In this document: positions 29,103-40,100 of the stretch, in pieces | How positions within the stretch are numbered: the first letter of the stretch is position 1 | How the letters are laid out: every line of letters begins with the position of its first letter | NCBI GenBank assembly: GCA_947452555.1 | Contig: CANGDH010000004.1 | Span: 53,553-117,552 of the forward strand | Source of the DNA: Bacteroidota bacterium | Lineage (GTDB): Bacteria; Bacteroidota; Bacteroidia; Chitinophagales; Chitinophagaceae | Length of the DNA stretch: 64,000 nt | Direction of reading: 5' to 3' | Made by a program: the position numbers and the translations under genes | Notes under the pieces: model-generated | Told to the model about the DNA's origin: nothing | Seen by the model: only the letters and a program-made list of their open reading frames with translations | The model's database searches: none

Positions 29103-29963
29103 ATGAAGTATATATTATTACTTTTAATTGGATGGAGCATTACGTTAAATTCTGTTGCTCAAGATGACACAGTCAGAATTGGCAAAATGGTTATCATTAA
29201 ATCAAATATTGATAAGTTACCAGACTCAAATAAAGTATACAAAGGGGATAATCTTAAGATAGGAAGTCCAATTCAAATAAGTTTTGAGCGTAATAAGAAA
29301 AATAAACAATTATCCAATGTTTCAACTAGTTATTTTGAATGGGATTTAGGATTCGCCAATTATCAAAATGAAAGTCCTATTAGAGTTTACACTTCCTATA
29401 CTCCTAATATAGCAGCCAGTATTCCAACTGCTAATCAATTGAAATTAAATAATTTAAAATCAAGCAATGTAAATGTTTGGTTTGTAAAGCAGCATGTAAA
29501 TATTTACAAACACTATGTAAACTTAAACTACGCAGTAGGTTTGGAAATGTTTAATTTAAGATTTGAGCAACCTATTAGTTTTAGAAATGACCTGCCCGCT
29601 AAAATCAAAATGGACGATATTAGCTTTTCTAAGAATAAATTATTCGTAAAATACTTAACTGTACCAGTACAACTTAATTTCAACGCCAACCCTAGTTCCA
29701 AGCATGGCTTGAATGGGAGTATTGGAATGAGTGCAGGTTACTTACTTAAAGCACGAAATAAACAAATAAGCGAGGAAAGAGGCAAGCAAAAATACAATGG
29801 CACTTTTAACCTTAATAATTGGCGCCTTGCAACTATTGGCGAAATTGGTATTGGAACTTTCCACCTGTATGGAAGTTATAGTCGCACTAATTTATTTGAC
29901 AAAAACTTAAGCGATTATAAATTTTATCCTTACACCCTGGGTATTAGATTCTCAAAATTTTAA
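29103..29963 (+). CDS. Outer-membrane beta-barrel protein (PorT-like family), paralog 2
   Basis: Shares DLGFANY, RFEQPIS.RND, KLFV.YLT.P.QL, KYNG.FNLN and G.RFS.F with paralog 1. Confidence 0.75.
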   Translation: MKYILLLLIGWSITLNSVAQDDTVRIGKMVIIKSNIDKLPDSNKVYKGDNLKIGSPIQISFERNKKNKQLSNVSTSYFEWDLGFANYQNESPIRVYTSYTPNIAASIPTANQLKLNNLKSSNVNVWFVKQHVNIYKHYVNLNYAVGLEMFNLRFEQPISFRNDLPAKIKMDDISFSKNKLFVKYLTVPVQLNFNANPSSKHGLNGSIGMSAGYLLKARNKQISEERGKQKYNGTFNLNNWRLATIGEIGIGTFHLYGSYSRTNLFDKNLSDYKFYPYTLGIRFSKF

Positions 29964-29986
29964 TTAAATCAATTCATTGATTATAT

Positions 29987-30023
29987 AAAAAAAGGTCCAC
30001 TCAAATTAAGTGGACCTTTTTTT
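29987..30023. terminator. Bidirectional intrinsic terminator
   Basis: AAAAAAAGGTCCACT...AGTGGACCTTTTTTT between convergent units. Confidence 0.85.
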
Positions 30024-30099
30024 GTTCTACAACCCTTATCTTTTAATTAGGCCGAAGCAATAACATATCGAATTTATTTTACCTGAACTTGAACGAGGT

Positions 30100-31371
30100 T
30101 TAAACCAAGGTTTCTGCACCAAAATAGCTTTGCAATACTTTTGGGATAGCAATGCCCGTAGCTGTTTGATAGTTCTCTACAATGGCAGCATAAATTCTTG
30201 GTAAAGCTAATGAGCTACCATTTAATGAATGTGCAAATTGAGTTTTACCTTCTGCATCTTTAAATCTACATTTCATTCTATATGTTTGATAGGCTTGGAA
30301 ATTAGATACACTACTCACTTCCAACCATTTTTCTTGGGCAGCACTATACACTTCAAAATCATATGTTATAGCAGATGCAAATCCCATATCTCCACCGCAT
30401 AATCTTAATATTCTATACGGTAACCCTAAGCTAATTAATAGATTTTCAACATGGGCAACCATTTCATTTAATACTTCATCACTCTTGTCTGGATGTACTA
30501 TTTGAATGATCTCTACTTTTTCAAATTGGTGTACTCTATTCAAGCCACGTACATCTTTACCAAAACTTCCAGCTTCTCTTCTAAAGCAAGGAGAATAAGC
30601 AGTCATTTGAATTGGCAAATCTGAATCTTTTAAGATCGTATCGCGAAACACATTGGTAACAGGCACTTCAGCTGTTGGTATTAAATAAAAATCGTCTTCA
30701 GTAGCATGATACATTTGTCCTTCTTTATCTGGTAACTGACCAGTTGCAAAAGCAGAAGCTGCATTCACCATAAAGGGAGGCAAATACTCTGTATAACCAG
30801 CTGCTGTATTAAAGTCTAAAAAATACTGAACCAATGTCCTTTGAAATTTTGCACCCTTGCCAATATATAATGGGAAACCGCTTCCTGTTATTTTTGCGCC
30901 CGTTTCAAAATCAACTAAATTATATTGTTTGATTAAATCCCAATGAGGTTTTGCGCCTTCATGTAAAGTTGGAATAGCTCCAGCAACTTTAACCACTTCA
31001 TTCTCCTCTGGTGTCTTACCAATAGGAACAAGCTCGTGAGGTAGATTCGGGAATTGCACAATTGTTTGCTGCAATAAGGCTTCCACTTCACCCATTTTGA
31101 TTTTTAAGGGCTCTAAAGCTATCTTCCAATCAGACACAGAAAGTTTCAAAGCTTCCGCCTTTTCTTTCTCCCCCTTTGCCATTAAACCGCCAATTTCCTT
31201 AGAAGCAGCATTTACTTTAGACTGAATATCGTCAAAACCAGCTTGTAATAACTTTCTTTCATCGTCCATCGCAATCACAGTATCTACTAAATCAAGATTA
31301 GCAAAATGTTTGATTGCCAACTTCTTTTTAGCCAATTCAGCGTTTTGACGCAAATAACTTACCTGTAACAT
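30100..31371 (-). CDS. serS: Serine--tRNA ligase
   Basis: N-terminal coiled coil, LIPTAEVP, FRREAGS, RVHQFEKVE, EVSSVSN, LNGS; start moved to MLQVSY (TATCTTTG -7 at 31387-31394). Confidence 0.97.
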   Translation of the reverse strand: MLQVSYLRQNAELAKKKLAIKHFANLDLVDTVIAMDDERKLLQAGFDDIQSKVNAASKEIGGLMAKGEKEKAEALKLSVSDWKIALEPLKIKMGEVEALLQQTIVQFPNLPHELVPIGKTPEENEVVKVAGAIPTLHEGAKPHWDLIKQYNLVDFETGAKITGSGFPLYIGKGAKFQRTLVQYFLDFNTAAGYTEYLPPFMVNAASAFATGQLPDKEGQMYHATEDDFYLIPTAEVPVTNVFRDTILKDSDLPIQMTAYSPCFRREAGSFGKDVRGLNRVHQFEKVEIIQIVHPDKSDEVLNEMVAHVENLLISLGLPYRILRLCGGDMGFASAITYDFEVYSAAQEKWLEVSSVSNFQAYQTYRMKCRFKDAEGKTQFAHSLNGSSLALPRIYAAIVENYQTATGIAIPKVLQSYFGAETLV

Positions 31372-31459
31372 GTCAAATAATTTTGGCAAAGATAATCAAA
31401 CAGACGGTGAACGCATCGATATCCCCTACCTTTGCTTGATAAAATGAAAAACAGTGATT

Positions 31460-31807
31460 ATGGCATCGGTAGCAGACGATTTTCAGAGTAGATGGTGGAA
31501 TTTGGAGAAAAAACTAATGGACCGATTTGGTAAGAAACCAGACGTAGAAGCCATTTTGTTTTTAATCGGGCTCCAGGAAACAGGCTTATCCCAAGAAAAA
31601 ATAAGTAAGGAGCAGAAGCAAGACCTCATGCACGTAGCTATATGTACAATATTGACTTCTAGTGGCTATTATTTAGTAGAGGGCAAGGATCAGGAGGGCT
31701 GGCCGCATTTTAAACAGCTCCAAAATCTGCCCGTAATGAATATGATTGAACAGGAATCCTTTTTAAAGGACCATATTTTATTGTATTTTGACAATAATCA
31801 GTTCTAG
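31460..31807 (+). CDS. Conserved hypothetical protein
   Basis: FGKKPD..ILFLIGLQE, KQDLMHVAIC, D.EGWPHF motifs of a Bacteroidota family; TACCTTTG promoter at 31427-31434. Confidence 0.75.
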   Translation: MASVADDFQSRWWNLEKKLMDRFGKKPDVEAILFLIGLQETGLSQEKISKEQKQDLMHVAICTILTSSGYYLVEGKDQEGWPHFKQLQNLPVMNMIEQESFLKDHILLYFDNNQF

Positions 31808-31862
31808 CAGATTGGTTTTTTAGTGTTTTTTATGAATCTTTGCAACAATTAAAAATTAACAT

Positions 31863-32240
31863 ATGCAATTCCCAGCAGACTTACGTTACACAAAGGATCA
31901 CGAATGGATTAAAGTAGAAGGTAATACTGCCACTATTGGTATTACAGACTTCGCTCAAAGTGAATTAGGAGACATTGTATATGTTGACATTAATACAGTA
32001 GGATCAAGCTTGGCTGCAGAAGCAGTATTTGGAACAGTAGAAGCAGTAAAAACTGTAAGCGATTTGTTTTTGCCGATAGCAGGAACTGTTGCAGAAGTAA
32101 ATCCAACTTTAGCAGGACAACCAGAATTAGTTAATACAGATCCTTATGGTGCAGGATGGATGGTAAAAGTTACTGTCAACAATGTTGCCGACGTGGATGC
32201 TTTATTGTCTAGCGAAGACTATGCAAAGTTGGTACACTAA
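31863..32240 (+). CDS. gcvH: Glycine cleavage system H protein
   Basis: [23 protein letters not shown], lipoyl-Lys [15 protein letters not shown]. Confidence 0.97.
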   Translation: MQFPADLRYTKDHEWIKVEGNTATIGITDFAQSELGDIVYVDINTVGSSLAAEAVFGTVEAVKTVSDLFLPIAGTVAEVNPTLAGQPELVNTDPYGAGWMVKVTVNNVADVDALLSSEDYAKLVH

Positions 32241-32252
32241 TCTAGTTTATCA

Positions 32253-32624
32253 ATGAAAAGAAAACTTTGGGTGATTGCCGAAATAGGAATTGTATTTTTG
32301 TTGTTGAGTTTACCTGGAACTAAGCTTCCAAAACAAGAAACTGATTTACCTATTGACAAACTAGTGCATATTGTTTTATTTGCCTCACTGGTATTTTCTT
32401 TCTTATTTTATTACGAGAAATCATCCATTGCTTTTTTTAAAACCACTAGGGCTAAAGCATACACCATACTGTTATGTATTTTGTATGGCATAGGAATGGA
32501 ATTTTACCAAAAGTATTATGTACCAACTCGTGGCTTTGAAATAGCAGACATGCTTGCAGATGCTATTGGAGCTTTAATCGCACTGCCATTATTTGAATGG
32601 ATAAAAAAACTAAAAAATAGATAA
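32253..32624 (+). CDS. VanZ family membrane protein
   Basis: DKLVH, GIGMEFYQ..PTRGFE..DMLAD. Confidence 0.85.
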   Translation: MKRKLWVIAEIGIVFLLLSLPGTKLPKQETDLPIDKLVHIVLFASLVFSFLFYYEKSSIAFFKTTRAKAYTILLCILYGIGMEFYQKYYVPTRGFEIADMLADAIGALIALPLFEWIKKLKNR

Positions 32625-33082
32625 TGGGTATTGAGCAAGATATACAACAGTCTAGTTTTAGAAATGAATACCAGAAGATGGCTATCAATATTATTTTTAC
32701 AGCTAATTGGCTGAATGAACATATTGGTCGTGTGTTGTCAAATGAAGAAATTACACATCAGCAATATAATATCCTAAGAATTCTTCGCGGTTCAGAAAAA
32801 CCATTAAGTACGTTGCAAATTAGGGCACGTATGTTAGATAAAATGAGCGATACTAGCAGAATTGTAGATAGGCTCGTGGTAAAGGGTTTCGTAGATAAAA
32901 ACTCATGTGAAAAGGACAAGCGATTAGTAGACATTACGCTTTCCAAAAAGGGACACCAATTGGTTGACTCTTTAGATAAATTCAATGCGCAAATAGATGA
33001 ACTATTAATGGGAGTAAGTGAAAAAGAGGCTGTATCCCTAAATCAAATTTTAGATAGATTGCGTTCGCAATTAGATAAATAA
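32624..33082 (+). CDS. MarR family transcriptional regulator
   Basis: QQYNILRILRG, SRIVDRL..KG, DKR...ITLS.KG. Confidence 0.92.
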   Translation: MGIEQDIQQSSFRNEYQKMAINIIFTANWLNEHIGRVLSNEEITHQQYNILRILRGSEKPLSTLQIRARMLDKMSDTSRIVDRLVVKGFVDKNSCEKDKRLVDITLSKKGHQLVDSLDKFNAQIDELLMGVSEKEAVSLNQILDRLRSQLDK

Positions 33083-33091
33083 TAAATAGGA

Positions 33092-34558
33092 ATGACAAAG
33101 CGAATTACTAGCACCCTACTTTTAGTAGGATTTTTTTTATTGGCTAAAGCCCAGCCAAGCAAGAACGATAAAAATGTATTTGAATTTAGAGGGGTTTGGA
33201 TAGCGACAGTTGAAAATATTGATTGGCCAAGTAAAAGAGGTTTAAGCAATGCCGATCAGAAATCAGAATTTATTGATTTATTAGATAGACATCAAAGAAA
33301 TGGAATGAATGCCATCGTGATGCAGATACGCCCGTCTGGTGATGCTTTATACCCTTCAGCATTAGAACCATGGAGTGAATATTTAATGGGCAAACAAGGT
33401 TTAGCACCTAGTCCATTTTATGACCCTTTAGCTTTTATGATAGAAGAGACGCATAAAAGAGGGATGGAATTTCATGCTTGGATTAACCCTTACAGAGCAG
33501 TATTCAATATAAATAAATCAAGTGTTGCATTAACGCATATTACTAAAATACATCCTGAATGGTTTGTTACTTACGGAGATAAAAAATATTTCAATCCAGG
33601 CATACCCGAAGTTTGGCAATTCACAAATAGAGTAGTAAAAGATATTGTTAGTAGATACGAAATTGATGCCATTCATATGGATGATTATTTTTATCCATAT
33701 AGAATTCCAGGAAAAGAATTTCCGGACCAAGCTGCATATCTAAAAAACTCAAGAGGATTAAATAAGGAAGATTGGAGAAGAAGTAATTGTGATAGTATTA
33801 TAAGACAATTAAATGCTACCATTCATCAAACTAAGCCTGCTGTTCAATTTGGTATAAGCCCATTTGGTGTCTGGAGAAATAAGACAAAAGATCCTAGAGG
33901 TAGTGTTACTAAGGGTGGTCAAACAAATTATGATGACTTATATGCTGATATTTTATTGTGGTTAGAAAAAGGCTGGATTGATTATGTAGTCCCTCAGTTA
34001 TATTGGGAACATGGACATAATTTAGCAGATTATGATGAATTAGTTCATTGGTGGAATGAAAATAGTTATGGTAAACAATTATATATAGGACATGGAATTT
34101 ACAGGGCTGGTAGTAATGCCGCATGGAAAAACCCAAACGAAATTCCTTATCAAATAAATAAATTAAGGTCATTGCCTAATATAGGTGGGAGTGTATACTT
34201 TAGTAGCAACAGTTTTAAAAACAATCCAAATGGATGGAATGATAGTTTACAACAACATTATTATGTAAACCCTGCAATTCTGCCTTCTGTATTGCCTCAA
34301 TATAAAATGGAGACTCCAATAATTTCAAAAACAGGTGGGCAAACTTATCAAATTGGAACGGAAGGGAACAAACCATTAAAATCATTTGCGATCATACAAA
34401 AGCAAACTGGAGTATATTCAGTAGCTGCTTTGATACCTGCAGACGCAAAAATAATTAATTTAAATGCTTTAGGTGTTATAAGAAAAGCAAGCAACCAATA
34501 TTGGCTTATTGCCATTGGGAAGCAAAATCAAATAAGCGAATACGTTTCAATTCCTTAA
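33092..34558 (+). CDS. Glycosyl hydrolase-like 10 (GHL10, YddW/DigH-like) exported protein
   Basis: EFRGVWIATV.NIDWP, QIRPSGDALY, HAWINPYR, IHMDDYFYP, GISPFGVW, PQLYW. Confidence 0.9.
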   Translation: MTKRITSTLLLVGFFLLAKAQPSKNDKNVFEFRGVWIATVENIDWPSKRGLSNADQKSEFIDLLDRHQRNGMNAIVMQIRPSGDALYPSALEPWSEYLMGKQGLAPSPFYDPLAFMIEETHKRGMEFHAWINPYRAVFNINKSSVALTHITKIHPEWFVTYGDKKYFNPGIPEVWQFTNRVVKDIVSRYEIDAIHMDDYFYPYRIPGKEFPDQAAYLKNSRGLNKEDWRRSNCDSIIRQLNATIHQTKPAVQFGISPFGVWRNKTKDPRGSVTKGGQTNYDDLYADILLWLEKGWIDYVVPQLYWEHGHNLADYDELVHWWNENSYGKQLYIGHGIYRAGSNAAWKNPNEIPYQINKLRSLPNIGGSVYFSSNSFKNNPNGWNDSLQQHYYVNPAILPSVLPQYKMETPIISKTGGQTYQIGTEGNKPLKSFAIIQKQTGVYSVAALIPADAKIINLNALGVIRKASNQYWLIAIGKQNQISEYVSIP

Positions 34559-34564
34559 ATCGAT

Positions 34565-36535
34565 TTAATCGAATATGCGCTTTAAATTAATACTTTGATT
34601 TGAATTAATAATTAACGGAACGTGTTCTACCACGGTCATGTCATTATCTAAGCCAAATGCTTTTTGATCACTCTGAGCTAATTGTTTAATATTAAAATAA
34701 GCATCCATAATAAAATCTTCTCTGAATGTTAATTCATTTTCAATAGAGAAGAAACTTTCAATAATAACATAAGTGATATCTGTATGGAAGTCTTTACTCT
34801 TTAAAGATTCGTATTTGCTATAGATCCCTAATTCTTGACATTCATTTAATTCTTGCATTACCTTCTTAAAGCAAATGTTAATTCGAGGCTGAATTCTGAA
34901 ACCAATTTTAAAGTCCACTCTCATTACTTTGTCGTCCACTAATTCACGAATTGAATATTCCATACCATAAGGAGAATCAGTTCTGTCAATATGAATAAAC
35001 CAATAAATATCAGCACGTTTTGGTTTACGATTTAATATAGAGTCAATAATTCGATGTTCAATTTCACGATAGTTATTTGCCTTGGTTAAATAAACCAAAT
35101 GGGTAGCGTATTTTGGAATGTCCTTGTCCGCACTCAAATCAACTAAAGGGGTTAAGTAATCTTTTAATTTTACGAAGTCCAAATAACGGTTTGTAATTTT
35201 TCTAGCACGATGCCAAATCATCATTACAAAAATCATACTAAAAGAGAAAACGAAAGTGATATAACTCTCTTTGATCTTAACAACGTTAGCAATAAAGAAT
35301 GAAATTTCAACTATACTAAAAACAAATATAATTACAGCTACTAAAGCCTGGCTCCATCTTCTAACATTTAATAAATAAAAATTGATTAATACAGTAGTCA
35401 TTATCATTGTAATAATGATAGAGAATCCATAAGCTGCTAACATATGCTCACTCTTTCTAAAATATAATAACATGGTAACGCAACCCACCCATAATATTAA
35501 ATTCAAGCTTGGAATATAAATTTGTCCTTTTTGATCTGTTGGAAACTTTACGGTTACACGGGGCCAGAAATTTAAACTTATGGCTTCATTGATTAAAGTA
35601 AATGACCCACTAATTAAAGCTTGGCTAGCAATAATAGTTGCAATGGTTGCAATACCAATACCTATTAACAAGAACCAATGAGGCATAATTTCGAAGAAAG
35701 GGTTAATGCCATTTGAAACAGTTCCAACATGATTCAATAACCATGCACCTTGTCCCATATAACTCATTACCAAAGCAAATTTTACAAACATCCAGCTAAC
35801 TTGAATGTTTTTACGACCACAATGTCCTAAGTCACTATATAAAGCCTCTGCTCCTGTAGTACATAAAAATACGGCACCTAATAACCAAAAACCTTTAGGA
35901 TAATTTACTAATAAGTCTAATCCATAATAAGGATTCAATGATTTAAGAATTGAAAAATTTCCAAACACTTGTGTCAATCCTAAAATCAGAATCATAGAAA
36001 ACCAAAGCAACATAATTGGCCCAAATGCAAAACCAATAATTTTTGTACCAAAACGTTGAAAGAAAAAAAGTAACGAGATAATAGTTAATACAATTCCAAC
36101 AGTTAAATTATTACCAGGCACTATCACTTTTTCTAATCCTTTAATTCCAGCCAACCCTTCAATTGCAGAAGAAACAGAAACTGGCGGTGTAATCATACCA
36201 TCCGCTAATAACATCGCGGCTCCTACAATTGCAGGAATATAAATCCATTTTACATATCGACGTATTAATGCAAATAAAGAAAATATACCCCCCTCCCCAC
36301 GATTGTCTGCACGTAGTGTTAGGAAAACATATTTAAAAGTGGTTTGTAAAGTGAGTGTCCAGAACACACAAGAAATGGCACCATAGATTAACTGTTCTGT
36401 AATTACTTTATGATTAATGATAGTGCTGAAAACATACAAAGGAGAAGTTCCAATATCACCATATATAATTCCTAAAGTAACTAATAACCCTGCGACAGAA
36501 AGTTTGTGCGCGTGTCCACCAGATGATTGTGCCAT
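34565..36535 (-). CDS. kup: KUP/HAK/KT potassium transporter
   Basis: GIIYGDIGTSPLY, ADNRGEGG, GAEALYSDLGH, IASQALISG, GQIYIP; start moved to MAQSSGG. Confidence 0.95.
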   Translation of the reverse strand: MAQSSGGHAHKLSVAGLLVTLGIIYGDIGTSPLYVFSTIINHKVITEQLIYGAISCVFWTLTLQTTFKYVFLTLRADNRGEGGIFSLFALIRRYVKWIYIPAIVGAAMLLADGMITPPVSVSSAIEGLAGIKGLEKVIVPGNNLTVGIVLTIISLLFFFQRFGTKIIGFAFGPIMLLWFSMILILGLTQVFGNFSILKSLNPYYGLDLLVNYPKGFWLLGAVFLCTTGAEALYSDLGHCGRKNIQVSWMFVKFALVMSYMGQGAWLLNHVGTVSNGINPFFEIMPHWFLLIGIGIATIATIIASQALISGSFTLINEAISLNFWPRVTVKFPTDQKGQIYIPSLNLILWVGCVTMLLYFRKSEHMLAAYGFSIIITMIMTTVLINFYLLNVRRWSQALVAVIIFVFSIVEISFFIANVVKIKESYITFVFSFSMIFVMMIWHRARKITNRYLDFVKLKDYLTPLVDLSADKDIPKYATHLVYLTKANNYREIEHRIIDSILNRKPKRADIYWFIHIDRTDSPYGMEYSIRELVDDKVMRVDFKIGFRIQPRINICFKKVMQELNECQELGIYSKYESLKSKDFHTDITYVIIESFFSIENELTFREDFIMDAYFNIKQLAQSDQKAFGLDNDMTVVEHVPLIINSNQSINLKRIFD

Positions 36536-36621
36536 GAAATGAATAAATGAGAAGCAAAGTTTACGTTTTTTAACAGAACTATATGATTTGCCGTCAACTA
36601 TTTTATAATTATTTTTAAAAA

Positions 36622-37095
36622 CTAAGGCTTGTAAGTTCCCCATTTCTCTTCTATGGCTTTCACCCTAAAATCGAAAATACCTTTTAACTGATTTTTTATG
36701 AATAAACTATTTGCAATATCCCCTAAAAAGCCCATTGGAATCTTGTAATGTACAATGTCTTCCATAGCAACGCCCCCTGGTATTTCTTTAAAATGATGCT
36801 GGTGGTGCCAAAGACTATAGGGACCAAAACGTTGTTCGTCCACAAAGTACTTCCCTGCTTCCACATGTGTGATCTCGGTCATCCAATACATAGGGATGTT
36901 TAAAACGGGCGAAACGGTGTATTCAATAATTTGACCAGGGTACATTTTTTCGCCATGATGCTTACTTATAATATTGAAACCCATATGACTGGGTGTGATT
37001 TTAGCCAGGTTGGCTGGACTACTAAAAAAATCCCATGCTTCCCCTAAGGAGATAGGCATTTCTTGATACGTATGGAGGGTATATACTTTTGACAT
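36622..37095 (-). CDS. SRPBCC family protein
   Basis: AWDFFSSPANL..ITP, W.TEIT, FVDEQ..GPY..WHH.H.F. Confidence 0.88.
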   Translation of the reverse strand: MSKVYTLHTYQEMPISLGEAWDFFSSPANLAKITPSHMGFNIISKHHGEKMYPGQIIEYTVSPVLNIPMYWMTEITHVEAGKYFVDEQRFGPYSLWHHQHHFKEIPGGVAMEDIVHYKIPMGFLGDIANSLFIKNQLKGIFDFRVKAIEEKWGTYKP

Positions 37096-37161
37096 ACTTA
37101 TATAACAAGCTAAGTAGGTTTTTGTTGTACGATTTAGCTATAAAGCCATTAATTTTATCCT

Positions 37162-40100
37162 ATGATTAGCAAATTGGAACAGCAGAAAGCATTTGATACC
37201 GTTTATGAAGGCCTAAATGAACAGCAGAAAATTGCAGTAGACACCATAGAAGGTCCCGTAATGGTAATTGCAGGGCCAGGGACCGGAAAGACCCAAATAT
37301 TAGGCGCCCGAATAGGTAAAATATTATTAGAAACAGATACGGCACCAGAGAATATACTTTGTTTAACTTATACTGATGCAGGTGCTATTGCTATGCGTAA
37401 ACGTTTAATGGACTTTATTGGCACAGCCGCTTACAAAGTAAATATTTCTACTTTTCACTCTTTTTGTAATGACATCATACAGGATAACCTCTCGCTATTT
37501 GAAAAGCCGAGCTTGGACCCTATTTCTGAATTAGAAAAAATAGAATTACTTAAGAAACTTATAGATCAATTTGATAAAAAAAACCCACTTAAAAGGTACC
37601 GCGGAGACGTGTATTATGAAATGGGGAATTTAAGCAAATTGTTTAGTGCTATGAAGAAAGAAGGATGGAATGTCCCTTATTTGACAACTCAAATAGAGCA
37701 ATATATTAAGGAGATTCCTTTAAGGGATGAATTTGTATATAAAAGAAAGTACAAGCAATTCGAGGCAGGTGATTTAAAACAGGGCTTAGTGGATGTAGAA
37801 TTGGAGAAAATGGAGAAATTAAAAGCTGCTGTTATTTCTTTTGATAGTTACCAGCAGCTCATGAAGGACCATAGTAGATATGACTTTGACGATATGATAA
37901 ACTGGGTGATTAATGCATTTAAAGAAAATAAAAACTTATTAGCACAATATCAGGAACGCTTTTTATATATATTAGTTGATGAGTTCCAGGATACAAGTGG
38001 TACTCAAAATGAATTAGTGCAGTTATTAGTAAACTATTGGGATCAACCTAATTTATTTGTAGTTGGAGACGACGACCAAAGTATATTTAGATTTCAGGGC
38101 GCTAACGTAGAGAATATGTTACATTTTCAAAAACAATACAAAGTCGATATCGTAAATATTGTTTTGGAAAATAATTATAGATCCACTCAGCCCATATTAG
38201 ACGCATCTACACAAGTAATTAATCAAAACCAAGAAAGGTTAATTAATAAAATAGAAGGCTTGTCTAAAAATTTAATCGCAGCATTACCCGAAAACAAATT
38301 ACTTAACAATGCACCTAGCATTATTCAATACAATGATCCACAGGAAGAAATGATGGACATCGCAGAACAAGTAACGCAATTAATCGCGGAAGGGGTAGCG
38401 CCTAAGGAAATTGCAGTATTATTTAAGGAAAATAAATACGGTACGGAGATTGCACATTTTTTGCAACAAAAAAATATACCAATTTATAGCCGACGCACTG
38501 CCAATTTATTTGACCAAACACTGATACAACAAATATTAAAAATATTAGATTATTTAGCATGCGAATGGGATCAACCAAACGAAGGGGCCAATATTTTATT
38601 TGAAATTTTACATTTTAAATGGTGGCATATATCCCCTATCACTATTGCTATGCTTACTGTTGAAGCAAATCAATTAAAATATGGCGCGCCAGAAAATACA
38701 TTTAGAAAAGTATTAGTAGACAAGACGCAGGAAGTACAAACTGATTTATTTGCAAAAGGTGGCCTAGAAAATGTTGCGAAAGCAGTACACGTTTTAGAAG
38801 ACCTTATTGGTCAAGTTGCTAATGTAACTTTATTAAATTTAATTGAGCAAATACTTCAAAAGACAGGCATTATACAATCCATTCTAAGTGGTGATAATAA
38901 AGCAGAAGCATTGGACATGGTGACTCACTTTTTTGATTTTATCAAAGACGAGACCCATCGAAAACCGAGCCTAAATTTAAAAGATCTAGTAGATATGTTG
39001 CGCTTAATGAAGCGAGAAGAAATACGTTTGCCATTGCCCATTACCACAGGCAGTGAGGCAGGTGTTAATTTGCTAACAACACATGGCAGTAAGGGATTGG
39101 AGTTTACGCATGTATTTTTAGCTGGCACAAATGCACAATTTTGGGAAAAGAAAAGAAGTACAGCAAGTGCGGGCTATAAATTGCCAGACACTGTATTGAG
39201 TACTTTAGAACATGCGGATGACAAGGAGGAATTAAGAAGATTATTTTATGTAGCAATCACAAGAGCTAAAAAACATTTAACCATCTCCTTTAGCAAATAT
39301 AAATCTGACGGCAAGGAAACGGAACCTAGTCAGTTCTTAGTGGAATTACTAGAAGGAAAAGAAGGACTAATTGTTCAAAAAACAATTGAAGCAGCTATTA
39401 AAATTCAATATAAATTACTTCGCCTACAAAGCACTCAGCGACCAGCTATTGAACAATTAGAAGCAGATTTTATTCAACCCAAATTGGAAAAGTTTTCCAT
39501 GAATGTGACGGCTTTGAATAACTACTTAAAGTGTCCACTGCATTTTTATTATAATAGTTTAATCCGTGTTCCTTCTGGTAAATCCGAGGCTACCACATTT
39601 GGTTCTGCTATACATGACGCTTTGAATAAGCTGTTCAGAAAAATGCAGGAGTCCAATAATGTGTTTCCGGACAAACAAAGTTTAATAACAGACTTTGAAT
39701 ATTATATGAAAAGGCATAGAGAGGCGTTTACCAAACAAGAATTTAAAGACCGCATTGAATTGGGTGAAACTGTTTTGGTTAATTACTATGATTTTTATAT
39801 TTCGTCATGGAATAAAGTAGTCACTACAGAATATAGAATCAATAATGTAGTAGTTAAAGACATTCCATTAAAAGGCGCCATTGACAAAATTGAATTTAAT
39901 GGCAAAGAAGTAATTGTGATAGATTACAAAACCGGAAATATCGACAATGCAAGAGAAAAGTTAAAAGGGCCAAATGAGAAGAATCCAGATGGTGGAGACT
40001 ATTGGAGACAAGCGGTATTCTATAAGATATTATTAAATCACCATCCAAAAAATTGGCAGGTGAGCAGTGCAGAATTTGACTTTGTAGAACCCAATAAGAA

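Noticed and set aside
30024-30099. 75-nt spacer between the serS stop and its terminator as a possible 3'UTR sRNA
   Set aside because: No convincing structure, ORF or promoter; cannot be supported from sequence alone.
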